Source: Parasitella parasitica NRRL 2501
Taxonomy: Eukaryota > Fungi > Mucoromycota
Direction of reading: 5' to 3'
Length of the DNA: 64,000 nt
NCBI GenBank assembly: GCA_025201805.1
Contig: MU619238.1
Span: 386,219-450,218, forward strand
Shown in pieces: positions 52,001 to 64,000 of this stretch. The stretch's first letter is position 1, and each line of letters starts with the position of its first letter. The notes below the pieces were generated by a model. That model made no database searches. It saw only the letters and a program-made list of their open reading frames with translations, and was not told where the DNA came from. The translations under genes and the position numbers were made by a program.

Positions 52001-52138
52001 ATTGTGGAGCAATACAAATCGTTTCTGATTAGAATTGACATCGAGGCCAAGGAAGGAGGACGGATTGCAGCGTTGGCACAAAGGCCAATGTCTGCTGAAT
52101 CAGTGGCAGTGTGGATATCTCAAATAAAAGACCAATAA
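49064..52138 (+). CDS. COG3: Conserved oligomeric Golgi complex subunit 3 (Sec34), multi-exon
   Basis: FFDWFAAMESEM, SLQTACETLLEEQ, LDECIKYMEEH, DSELYLMRFRQCMTRG, LYDYLRPRIIHE, EDTQARLVFRAQ, WFPTLQKTLWILSKLYRCV, VFEDLAQEAV and DGQLFLVKNLLVLKEQLAPF. Confidence 0.96.
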
Positions 52139-52947
52139 TTGACGATAATTGACGTTTATACCATCGCATGCAATGCATATTAATCAGCATGTCTTGGCTT
52201 CCGAGTAAATTTGTATTATCCTTGTGTGTTTTAGCTTCTTTGCAAATCACACTAACAAAAGATAGGGGAGAGAAATTTTGGCTGCCACCACTAAAACTAT
52301 TACCACAATGGGACGCAGATCTCAATGAGTCAAATGCATAAAATATACACCAAACCTAAAATGTACTTGTTTGTTAGTTTGCGAAAGAGACTCTCTCTCT
52401 TTTTGACTAGATAAAGAGGGTAAATTTGTATAAATACAGCTAATAACGTGTGTATCTTTATGGGCGTAAATACGGTATATACAACTAGAGCTATTTTGAA
52501 TGGCTACCGGTTCATTCAACATCAAAAGTCTATTAATATAAGTATACCATATACTGGCAAAATAAGCTGACGACAATGTTAATCAAAGTAACATGTATTC
52601 TCGGGACATTTACAAATTTCATCATCAAAATGAAATAAAATCCTTATTTGCAAATGGTCATGTATGTATAATTATTATTATCTTATTGTAAAAACTTTTA
52701 AATAATATTATTAAAAGGAAGGAGGCCGCGATGTTCTTTTACGGTTACCATAATAGTAAAAATTATATGTATATGTGAGCAAGCTGAGGTTAGTGATGAT
52801 CAATTTCATATGTGTACATAAAAGGGGTTCAGATGCTCTTGCTGTTTTGATGCCTATAAAAGATAAACTCACATTTAACAACCCCTTCTCTTTCTTTCTT
52901 ATTATTTTCTCTCTACCCCTTCTCCACCGACCTTTTAAAACCAACTG

Positions 52948-54716
52948 ATGCTGCTAAAACCTTCTATATACAATGCTTTGATATTATTATTTGCTCAATT
53001 GGCCTTCGCAGCCAGAGAGGAGGAGAGCAACGTGGATCCAAAATCAGCGGAATTTTGGGGCCAAATCGTAGCCATTGTCGTTCTAGTGGTGCTAAGTGGT
53101 ATTGTTGCAGGTAATGAAATTATTTTCGAGGGAACCAGCAATCCACATACTGACCTGTGTTTACATATCACAACAAAATATAATATAAAAAAAAAATAGG
53201 TCTGACGCTTGGCTTGGTAAGTGCGAGAAAATCGTCGACATTAGCTAGTAGTTGTTCATGCATCATGTTTTCTTCTAGATGTCATTGGACACAACAAACC
53301 TATCAATCCTGGAAATTGCAGGTACACCACAGCAGCAATACTATGCATCTCGTATCATCCCCATCCGTAAGAATGGACACATTTTGCTGACAACATTACT
53401 ACTGACCAACACTGTCCTGAATGAAACACTACCGATTTTGTTTGACGGCATCTTTAGCAAAGGATTTATTTCGGTCATTGCTTCGACTGTACTTTTGGTG
53501 CTATTCGCAGAGATTTTACCACAGGCCGTCTTTTCGAAGCATGGGTTGGCTATTGGCGCAATGTTTGCTGTGCCTGTGAGAGTACTGATTGCCATCTGGT
53601 CGATAGTCGCATGGCCAATAGCCAAGTTCTTGGACTATCTTCTTGGAACACACACAGGTTTTTCATATGGCGTTGCTGGTATGTTGATATCCCTCTGTAT
53701 GCTATATTTCGTAATGCAAAATGCTAATTGGATCTTGCATAGAATTTGGAGCACTCATCAAACTTCATGACGAATCCCAATATGAACACGGCACTCTAAA
53801 GAATGAAACTGTCATTATGCTTCAAAATATTCTAAACATGCAAGACAAATGCATCGGCGACATTGTTACGCCTGCCAGTACCATGTTGATGCTACATTCA
53901 AACACTACTTTGACCATAAATTCTGTGTTGCAGTATATAAGGAGCGGGTATTCCCATGTATTTGTCTACAGCAATGAAGATAAAGAACAATTGGATGTGA
54001 TTCTCGATGATCAAAAAATTCTCGGTGTTCTAGATTTAAAGGTAAATAATATTGCTTCCCGGTGAAGAAGCCGAATAAGTCTTACTCATTGCACACCATA
54101 CCCATAATAGTCATTACTTGGTTTGGATCAAAATGCACTCAATGTCCCTATTGGCAGCATGAAAATTGATCCCTGCCTGACAACTTCTTCAAGAACCTCC
54201 GCCATCCAAGTAATGAATAATTTGCTTCAGGCAGAAAAGTAAGTTTTATCGCAGCAATGCTATCGCAAAGAATCTAAAGGCCTTTATAGTGAAAAGTTTG
54301 TTTTGATATATTGTACAGAGCAAGATATCGAGATTGCTAAGCAAGAACAAGATGAGAAATTGCATGCAATGGCATTAATTCGAGCAACTGCAATCAAAAA
54401 ACATGCGAAAAGTATCAAATGTGCTATCAGAAGATTGTTCAACAGCACATGTCCAGTTTGCCACAGTTTCTTGATGACTGAGGCATCTCCAAAATGTGAA
54501 GTGTTTAGAAACACTTCAAGTCAAAAGATTGAAGAAGGAACCGTTGTGGACAATGCCAGCAGCGTACCTACTACAATTGTGACAGCAGTATTAGAACCTG
54601 GGCTGTTGGGCATAGTAACCTCTGCCGGTATCTTGAAGCAATTATCTTTTCCTAGACAGCACTTGAATATCGAACGACAAGACAGTGGTCGGTTAGATGC
54701 GTCAAAAATAGTATAA
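52948..54716 (+). CDS. CNNM/DUF21 membrane protein (Mam3-like) with divergent CBS domains
   Basis: Signal peptide; LSGIVAG|LTLGL|MSLD (17-nt micro-exon 53200-53216); HILLTTLLLTNTVLNETLPI; FAEILPQAVFSKHGLAIGA; WPIAKFLDYLLG; CBS-like SGYSHVFVY. Confidence 0.88.
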
Positions 54717-54802
54717 TAATAACATATAAGTCATCAATGTATAAATGTCCATAAAGCTTTATAACAAGTAGCAATAAAAAGGAAGCGCTTTTATTTACTG
54801 TA

Positions 54803-56662
54803 TCAAAACAAATATGGTTCCTGATAATATACTTTTGGCGTATAAAACAAGCTGAAATCTGCACATTCCATAGTGAAATACATACTGTTGTCCAAAATGT
54901 GTGTGGGTATTTTATCTCTCACTTGCGTATATTCGATTTCTTGATACTGATCTGTTCGCTGAATTTCGAACCAACTCTCAGCCCCTTCGTCATCCAAATG
55001 TCGAATATAAGGACAGGCATGGTCAATAAATACTTGCACACTGCTTAATCGTGTGTGATCGAATAGTTTTAGATTGATTTCGCTTTCCAGAGGGTCATAG
55101 CTCCAGTATCCAAACAGCTTTAGATGCTGTAGTTGCAGACAACATGTCGAGATGTAGTTACATGGGCTGAACAGTACCTTTTCATCCTCACTCATAAAAC
55201 TTGCAAGCGTGCATTCAGTCAGTGTGATTTGCTTGATATTGTGTTGTGTTTTTTCCTCTCTGTCCAATGTTATATAAAAGCCTCCAAGGCTGATCTCTTG
55301 TAAATGTCCAAGTCCATTCAAAAGAACATTAAACGGTAAAATTGAAGCTTCATAATACAGATGTTCGGTTAACGTGGAATGCGCTGGCTCATTACTACGG
55401 TCTCCATAGTTTTGTAAGTGTAGCCGAGTGAGGTTTGTCAAGTTCAATAAAATATCGTTAAAGCGGTCAGGATAGTAAGAGATTGACATGGTTAAGTCCT
55501 TTAATGCCGTTTTGTAGCTATCAGTTGAGCAAAGTACAACAAAATTCTCAATGTCGTCTCCATCGCTAATGTTGAATGTTGAGATGTTGTTGACGCCCTG
55601 GCTATCCATCAACTTTAAAAAAGAAGGTGTAAAGCTGAATAGATTGGTGTCAAAATGTTTTAATTTGGTGCAGGACACAAGTATCCGATTAGCTTGATCT
55701 CTGTAAGCATCGGACATGCTTTCTTGCCGCTCATTTAGGACATTGCACACGATACGCTCAATGTGTTTGTACTTTACAGCCATATACGATAGTAGGGGAG
55801 TTCCAGATACAATTCTCGACGATAGAATTTCTACGCTCTTCAAAGTGACAGGCGCTTCCAGAGGGTGATAGTGCAGTGGTGGAACGTCGTACATGAATCT
55901 TTGTCCTTGCGCCGAAGGATGATTTGCAATATATACAGATTCCAATCTCAATAGACGTAGATGGGGACAATGTCGGTGCAAAATGTCCAATTGCTCAATG
56001 TTTATATGAGTGTGATTGAGTGTCATTTCAGCAAGTGCAGGTGCTTGTTGCAGCCCATTTAATAAATAGTCCATGCCAGATGCTAATTTAGAAGTTGCAA
56101 TGTTGGAGTAGTTGAGCCATAGTCGTATCAAACGTTTGAAAGGTTGTGTTGAGCAATTGAGCATGAATGCAGATAGCATGTTTGTGCTTGTTTCTTCTAA
56201 GCTTTCTATTGTCTCTGACCAGCCCTCAAACTTCTCGTCCAAGCGGCCTTCGTACACTCCCCGGTGGAAATCTGCTGTGGCGGAGAATCCTGTACTACGC
56301 GGTGCAACTTTTCTTCCCTTTGAATTGATAAAGGAGTACATGGCGCTGTCATTTGTGAATAAATGAAAGCGCTTGACATAAGGCACAATTGTCGCTAATT
56401 TTACTAGGCTCTTGACAGGTAGCTCACCTGCTAAATTATATTCGAATGTCGCCACTCTTCTGCCAAGGAGTGTGTTTTTCTTGAAATACTGCTTTATGCG
56501 GCAGTCTTTTACTAGGTCATTGCAGATGACCGACTCAGTTAGTAGATAGGATCGCTGGATATAATTGTGCCACAGTCGACATATTTGCGAGCAGGTCAGA
56601 CGGTCATTATGATCTAAAAACTGTATGATATAAGTGAAAATCTCGGTTGGAAGTGTATCCAT
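54803..56662 (-). CDS. Intronless F-box protein with degenerate LRR-like C-terminal region
   Basis: N-terminal F-box MDTLPTEIFTYIIQFLDHNDRLTCSQICRLW; LRR-like LHRHCPHLRLLRL and CLQLQHLKL; 619 aa. Confidence 0.88.
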   Translation of the reverse strand: MDTLPTEIFTYIIQFLDHNDRLTCSQICRLWHNYIQRSYLLTESVICNDLVKDCRIKQYFKKNTLLGRRVATFEYNLAGELPVKSLVKLATIVPYVKRFHLFTNDSAMYSFINSKGRKVAPRSTGFSATADFHRGVYEGRLDEKFEGWSETIESLEETSTNMLSAFMLNCSTQPFKRLIRLWLNYSNIATSKLASGMDYLLNGLQQAPALAEMTLNHTHINIEQLDILHRHCPHLRLLRLESVYIANHPSAQGQRFMYDVPPLHYHPLEAPVTLKSVEILSSRIVSGTPLLSYMAVKYKHIERIVCNVLNERQESMSDAYRDQANRILVSCTKLKHFDTNLFSFTPSFLKLMDSQGVNNISTFNISDGDDIENFVVLCSTDSYKTALKDLTMSISYYPDRFNDILLNLTNLTRLHLQNYGDRSNEPAHSTLTEHLYYEASILPFNVLLNGLGHLQEISLGGFYITLDREEKTQHNIKQITLTECTLASFMSEDEKVLFSPCNYISTCCLQLQHLKLFGYWSYDPLESEINLKLFDHTRLSSVQVFIDHACPYIRHLDDEGAESWFEIQRTDQYQEIEYTQVRDKIPTHILDNSMYFTMECADFSLFYTPKVYYQEPYLF

Positions 56663-57340
56663 GAAGTCGAAAAAAATGAAGAAAAAAAAAGACTTGAAAA
56701 CTTTTTTTTTTTTGGCTGAGATTTGTCATTGTTGTGCTTACAGATGCACAGCAAGTACTAGAAGTTATCGTGCTGCCCTATACACCTCAAAAACGGTATC
56801 TTAGCCGTCCTTTTGACTTACGCACACATGCTCTGCACATTACTGTTTTAATATTTACTTGAATCCACTATTACGACATAAGTTACTTGTAGGTATCCAC
56901 GTACCAAACAACAGCTCAGATATTAATTATGAAAATTATGCATCTCTAAATTTTTCATGAATTTTCAAATGGTGAAAAGCTGCTTTTGTGTGAATCAGCA
57001 TCCAAGTCTTGGTAGATGGTTTTCTATATTTTGAAAACGCCGTTACAGCACAATGGCAGATTGGTTATAAGACAGTAACCGTGATTCTTAATGAACTGCC
57101 ACAATAACAATCGACTTGGGATTGGCTGTTTAGATGTTCTTATAGTTCCAGTCTGAGTGTACGACACTTTTGTACCATTTTCGCCTATATTGGTAACCGT
57201 TTTATATTATCTGATCAACAAAAGAGATGAATTATATCGAAAAGTTATAATGATACTCACATATACAAAGAGACAACGAATAAACCAGTTGCAGAATGAA
57301 GACGGGTATTCATTTTATTTATCAATGTTCAACTAGCCAT

Positions 57341-60242
57341 TTAGTCGGCAAGCAACGCGCTAAAGGAGAATGGCTCAAACTTGACACCATCACCCATATA
57401 AAATTTACCATCAAATTCAACCCAATGCAAACGCAGAGCATGCAAAAATGCAGATAAGCCTTCCATGCACAGCAAAATGCCAATGGTTAAGACAAACCAC
57501 ATTGCAAAGCCAATAACCAAGCCTACAACAGCAATAGGACCAGCGAAATTGAACCAAATCTTGAGTGTCATGTCCCACAGCACACTTGATAGTTCTGTTA
57601 TATGACAATGTTAGTACAGGCTGTTAGCCGTCGATAAATGTCCAGACTTACGAGCATGAGCAAGCGACAAAGCCCAAAGACGAAGATAGGAAGCCGTGTT
57701 TGAGATACAATTAAGGCAGAATTCAATAGTATGGATCGTTTGGTGGATCATTTCTTCGCTAAACTCAAACTAGACGCTTTTTAGTATCCCTTTGCCAACA
57801 TGTAGCAACCTGATAGTTACCTCTTCTTCTTCCTCGTCGTCTTCATGTTGAACCGCTGCTACTGATTGACCAGTCGCTTCTGCGTCATCCGATTCAGAAA
57901 GAGCATGGTATTGTTGTTTCTGGTGCTGGATTTTCAGATAGTAAGGCTTAGCAAACCACATCCAAGGCACACAAACAAGAGCAACAAGAATCAAGACCAA
58001 TTGAACTGTACCTTGGCCCTTGTACAGCTGCTCTTGTGGATTTACTTTGCCAGGTGTCAAAAACATGTAAATCAGCATGTTTAGCAAGTTGGGAGGTGAG
58101 TTGTGAATATGGTTGCCTAAGCTGTCAAGCTCCCACCAATTGATACTCCACTTATACATGATGCAAAAGATGAGGTAGCCGAATACAGACTCCATAAACA
58201 AGATCTGTGGCAAAAACTCGAGCCATACAAAGATACTCTTGCCGTAATAGATGTGATTGAATACGTTGAGGCAGATGGCAAAAGACATCTAATATGAGTC
58301 AGTATACGCAAAAGACACTGTCTAGGCTGAGAGAAAAAAAAACTTACATGAATGACACCAATAATGATAGCCTGCTTCATTTTGTAAGAGTTGGAAAACA
58401 GCAAAAAGTTTTCAGAGCCATGCCATGCCGGATCAAAGCCAAAAGTATACACGTTGCCATTGGGGATTTCTTCGACTGTCTCGAAAGACGTAAAATTGGC
58501 AGGGAGATCAAAGCCAGACTTGAATACATTGAGAGAGAGAGAAAAGATATCGTTATAGATACATCCCGTGAATATAGAGAAGATTCCCATCATCAGCATC
58601 ATGTAACGGCCACTGAAGAACATGGTAAATATTTCATCCTTGACATTAGCAAGCTTCTTTTCGTTTAAAACCAAGTAGAGCGCAAAGCAAAACATCAGAA
58701 ATCCATGGCCGATATCACCAAACATAATGGCAAACAAAAACGGAAAAGAGACAATGGTAAAGAGACCAGGATTAACTTCACGGTAGCGCGCAATGCCGTA
58801 CGCATCAATGATGTTTTGGAAGCCTTCAGTGAATTTGTTGGTTCTGTGGTAGGTGGGAGGCTTTCGCTTTGTCTCTAGCTCAGTGAACACAGACGGCATG
58901 TTGGTGCCGGACGACTCGATGGCATTCTTAAGGGCAAGATTGACAATAGGAGTATCATTCTTTGCACACCAGCCTTCGGCGATCAAGCATTTACGATTTA
59001 CATCGTAGTTGAAGAGATTCATGGTATGGTAAATAGCCTTTTCCTTGCGGACGGTAGTATACCAGGCATTAAGATTGTCGGCCACGTTCAAGAGCTCATT
59101 TTGGCGGGTGTCTTTGGTTTGAGAAAGAACCTAAATGACAAAAACCTTAACATGGTGTCTAAATATGGGGAGGGGGCTGTACGCTACTTACAGCATCCAG
59201 GTCTTTGATGCGAGAGGTCACCTCAGCAAGAGCCTCATGTCTTTTATCACTGGAATCATCGACAGTGTACAGAGTGCCGCCCATGCTCTCTGTGATTTTT
59301 TTGATTTTGTTGATTACTTCTTGGCCATGCGCGAATATAGCAAATACATTCTTTTGCACCTTTTTGGTGGTGTCTGCAGGATCGATGATATCGTCATGGA
59401 TTTCAGCGAAATTCATGTAAAGATTACCACGCAGTATTCTCCAGAGCACACGCTCAAATATCTGTATCTTTTCTCTGGGAACGACGCCAGTGACATAGCC
59501 CAAGTTGTCGATAAGACCAGTTTCTTCTTGGACATTGGCAGCTTCTTCGTCATCGTCATTTGAAGACAGTAGCGGTGCTGCTGCAGCGTCTGTTTGCTGC
59601 AGCTGGTTCCTTGATTCTGCCTACATAGACGAGTTGATATATGCTGATATTGTTGGTCTGTTTCCAAGGATGCTTTTACCTGCTCAAAGAATGCCGAAGA
59701 TTCCTTCAAAACATGACGGAGTTCAGCCAATTGCAGATTACGATGCAATAGTGTTTCATATGAACTATTCATTTGACTGATACGCCCTTCATGCTCTTTC
59801 AGGTTTTCTTCTAAATCGTCGATCTCTTGGGCAGTGCGAGCGCTTGAGTAATGAGTATCTGGCTCAGTCACTTGAAAGGGTATCTCTGATTTTTCTATTT
59901 GCGCCTGAAAGAATCCTAAAGGAGGCGAGGAGATGAGTGATGTTGTTTCAGGTACAGGAAAAAAAAAAACCTTACTGCATTGTCTTTCCATTTCATCTAA
60001 TTTTCTGATTTCAGATACAAATGTGCGCTGAAATGCATTGATACTAGGATTCAACTATAGGTACAAATATACCATTAGATCGCGTGCATTCTTTTTGTTT
60101 AACAATATCATACATCTCTGAATTGCACTTTGCCCAGCTCACCCAACTCTGCGACACAGGTATGTGCAACTTCAGCTGGTATAAACAACTGAATAAGTGA
60201 CATCTCTTCCGAACGGAAGAGTGTAGTTTGACTATTTGTCAT
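57341..60242 (-). CDS. VPH1: V-type ATPase V0 subunit a (Vph1/Stv1 family), multi-exon
   Basis: [96 protein letters not shown] and [18 protein letters not shown]. Confidence 0.97.
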
Positions 60243-61060
60243 TATTCAAAACCTAGTAGAATAAAGTGATAGAGAAAAAAAAAAAAAAAAAGAAAAAGTG
60301 TATTTTTTTAAGGGGTAGGAGTATTGTTGCAGACTTTATGTATCAGCTTAAACCTCAACAACCGTGTAGCTGCTTGTCCTGTCTGTGTGACAATGACGTT
60401 GTCCCTTCAAACAGTTGTGAAATATGCTGCTCAAGCCGCAAACACCTTGCTCAAAGTAAAGCGCTGTTGGTCAGGTTTGTATGATACATACGCTCTATAG
60501 TATTAAAAAAAAAAGCCATCATATAAAACATTCTGTGTGTTTTACCATATACAAAAAGCTTTGAATACACACATTGGAGACAGATTAATGCAATTTTTGA
60601 ATCATTTGATTAAAGCCAAGTAGTACATTGACATTGTCAATCAAAAACCAAGCTTTTGGCAACGTATCGACATGGCTTTCAGGAAGCACTAATTAAAAAA
60701 GGAGATGTTCGATATGTATCATTGTTATTGCTTGCACCTAAAAATAGGGCTTAAATTTTAGTGTATATAATGCAGCAACTAATACACGTAAACATGAACA
60801 TTCAGTTTTTACGTATGATAATAATATTGGAGAGAAAAGCGTTTTGTTGTTGATAAGAATAGTGTCGATTCAGGAAAATATAGTTGCAATGATTCCATGC
60901 GTAAGTAAATGGATCATTTTCTGATTCCGTATTCCAACGTTTCAATCTACTATAAAGTCCTTTTTTTCTTTGCTTCCATTTCTTTTTTCTCTTTTTTCCT
61001 TTTTACTTGCTTTTCAAATTTCTTTTATCTTCGATCCTTAGAAGCAAAGACAAAAAGAAA

Positions 61061-63194
61061 ATGATCAAGAACATTGGCAAACTCAAGCAGGTAAGATACC
61101 ACATTTTGTTTATGTATCTTTCGTGTGTGTCGAAGGCATATGTATTTGGTTATTTTTAGTTTGGTTAGTGGGTGTTTTAAACCCTGATCATGGATGGTCG
61201 TGAGACCTTTCTTACTCACCACAACATCCAATTTTTAAATAACTGCTGTTGCTGTGGTGTGAGATTGTGTTTGCCAGCTTGGAATATTCGAAATACAAAA
61301 TAAAGAAAGTCATTAATGTGCTTCTACCGTAGTGGACGGGCGAGAAATTTGGCTCTGCAAAAACAACACTACAAACTGAAGACTTTCAGCGTCTTGAAGT
61401 GGAGACAGAGAGAAAGCGTGTTGCATTTGAAAAGTTACACGCATCTGCTTTGATCATGCATACTCAACTGTTGAAGAAAAAAATCTCTCCTGAAGACAAC
61501 AAATCAAAGCGCTTGCCTAATGATCTGCTTGGTGTTTGCATGGGCAGTTATGGCAATGAGTTCACAGAGGATACGCCACTAGGTAAGCTTCTGACCTAAT
61601 AAACATACGAGTTCAGACACTCAACGTAGAGACAAAGGTATTGCTATAGTCAATTTTGGCCATGCACAGTCCAAGATCGGCTCTTACCAAGAGGATTATG
61701 CAAATGCAATGAAAACCAACTACATGGATAAACTGGACGAAGGCTTGGCTCAATTCAAGGAATATCAGGCCCTTCGCAGGAAGCTGGAATCTCGTCGATT
61801 AGATTACGACTCTAAATTAGGCCGTTTACAAAAGTCCAAAAAGGAAAAGCCCGATCTAGAGCAAGAAATGCAAGCAGCGAAAATGAAGTACGAAGACTCT
61901 GAATATGATGTGATTCAACAGATGGCTGCTTTACAAGACTTTGAGGTAAAATGAGCACTAGGAAACTACCATCAAAATGGATGATGCTTAATGACTGACT
62001 GTAGGACGAACATTGTGAAGCATTGGAGAACTTTTTACAGATCCAATTTGAATATTTCACCCGTTCCTTGGAAGCATTGAACGATGTCCGAGCAAACTGG
62101 AGTCAGCCTGTGAACTCTGTTCGCCAAGCTCCAAGACGCACTACCACAATAACCCGCACTTCGAGCAATAATTCTACGGGAGATGACAATGTCGTTCGAC
62201 CACCTGTTAATGCACCTGCCAGCCTTGCTCCCAAAATGCTTTCCCTCGGTAAAAATCCAAGCTCAGATACCTCTGCAAGGCGGATCCCAAGCCGCAAGAA
62301 CTCGTCATTTAGCGACCGTGATGATCTTCCTATTCCTTCCAGTCGTGCAACACCTTCACCAGTGCCGCCTGTATTACCAAGAAGACAATGTAAGTTGATC
62401 ATACATGGTCATGTCAAGTAGGACAATACAGTGAACTAACGTATACAACAATGATGATTGTAGCACAAGCTTCCAACAACAGCGATAACAACCAACGACG
62501 GGCAATCTACGATTTTGGAGGAGACAACGAAGACGAACTATCCTTTAAAACAGGTGATCTAATCCAAGTAGTAGAGGAAGTCGACGAAGGATGGTGGCTA
62601 GGTGAAGCAACTGACTCGAATGGAACTGTGCGTCGAGGTATCTTTCCAGTTAATTATACAGAACTTGTTGCTACTAGTGCTGGGCCACCTATGCCACCAA
62701 GACCTGTTTTGTCTTCACCAAACTCAAATGCGCATCACGATTATATCCCTGAGGAAGACAAACATGACCGAGTTGTTTATGAAGAGCCTACTACGCATGA
62801 CTATTGTAATGGTGGCGTATCCCCATTTGGAGACAACAATGGATCATTGAATAATACAGCCAAAGGATTTTCCTATATTCGGCCGAGCCAACCTACTCGC
62901 GCTCTATCTACTAATACGCTCAAATCACCCAGCAGCTCCCCACTGCCTCATAAAAGAGCTCCGCCACCACCACCGCCTAGCTCACGTACACCGCCTGTCC
63001 TCGCATCCACTAGAAGCTCGGATACTTCTGGTGCTCGGACAGCACCCTCGACGCCCTACCAGATGCATCAAGCCAACAGTGATAATTACTTTGATTCTGT
63101 AACACCAGATTGCGGTGAATGCGGTTGTTCTGAATTTACCGCCAACATATTCAAAAAGGGTCATTGTAACAACTGTTTCCACAAGCATTCTTAA
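61061..63194 (+). CDS. Endophilin-like N-BAR + SH3 protein with a C-terminal Cys/His motif
   Basis: MIKNIGKLKQ|WTGEKFG amphipathic start; BAR (RRKLESRRLDYD); SH3 (RAIYDFGGDNEDELSFKTGD...GWWLG...GIFPVNY); Pro-rich segments; tail CGECGCSEFTANIFKKGHCNNCFHKH. Confidence 0.9.
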
Positions 63195-64000
63195 ATCAAT
63201 AAAGGATCCTATTACAAAGGGGATATTTTACTTGGGTATTCAATGCAAGGAGGGAAACGCTCAAAAAGAATTTTGTCTATTCGAGAATTTTAGTGTATTT
63301 TATAAAACAAAACACCATTTAATGTAACACGTTGTACGCCACAAACGCAAACCTAACGACTCTAATTACCGTTTTTTTAATAATAATCAGCAAGATAAAA
63401 TGTATTACTCTAATAGTATGTTCATTTGGTTTATTTTATTAAATTAATTTTTTCCACGTAAAAAAAATAAATATAAATATTATATACAACTCCTTTTTTT
63501 TTTTTTAATAAACTAGAAAAGCAATAATAAAAGTACAAGAAAAAAGAAGGTAAAAAGGGAATTTGTACACCTACTAGAGGGGAGTGTAAGAGAGAGAGAT
63601 AAAGAGAAAGAGGGATACAGGGAGGATTTATAAATATTAAAAGAAAAAAAGGAGACGGGAGGTGAGATAAAAAATAAATAAGAGTTATCTAAAAAAAGTA
63701 TGCTGGGAAACTCGCCTGGGAAACCAGCTTGGAGGTCTCCCATTTAAAATAATTGAAATTCAGATTTTGACAAAATAAAGTGATATCATTGGATAAACTC
63801 TTATGTTATTTGACATGAAAGTGTACCTAATGCATTGAATACTGGTGTCTTTATACTGTTAATTGATTATTCTTGTATATATTCACTATAGTAGATTTTC
63901 TACTGAATATTTTTTATTGTCTAAGGTTATTTTTAATATCTTTTAAGCAGTTTATAAAAGAGCTTTACTAAAAGAAACATCGAGAAAGACTTGGAAAATA

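Noticed and set aside
11455-63194. Apparent enrichment of membrane-trafficking genes (SWA2, COG7-like, VTA1, PIL1-like, COG3, VPH1, BAR-SH3) as a functional cluster
   Set aside because: The genes are dispersed among unrelated ones and belong to a large functional class; no evidence of co-regulation.

Overview
Eukaryotic, AT-rich, intron-rich genomic DNA. Short (about 50-70 nt) GT-AG introns, gene content and TE families point to a Mucorales (Mucoromycota) fungus; this is inference, with no database check. About 20 conserved or ordinary genes are recognisable: a GT62 Anp1-family mannosyltransferase, Dug3, Swa2/auxilin, CSN2, Vta1, a forkhead TF, an LRR PP1 regulator, a Pil1/Lsp1-like BAR protein, COG3, CNNM/DUF21, an F-box protein, V-ATPase subunit a and a BAR-SH3 protein. 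There are two accessory zones. Zone 1 (about 3.6-7.6 kb) is a pile of TE relics: two DD34E Tc1/mariner copies and a 5'-truncated non-LTR retroelement inserted into a dead gene. Zone 2 (about 31.5-42.1 kb) is the most interesting part. It holds a tandem, mixed-orientation cluster of a family I do not recognise: intronless, secreted, about 153-aa proteins with 10 invariant cysteines. Three copies are intact, three are disabled, and one orphan 3' flank marks a deleted seventh copy. The copies share upstream motifs. Two degenerate Fanzor (eukaryotic TnpB-like RNA-guided nuclease) relics lie in or next to the cluster, and one is followed directly by a hairpin in the position expected for an omegaRNA. 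All calls come from manual reading and translation. Exon boundaries and family names were not verified computationally.
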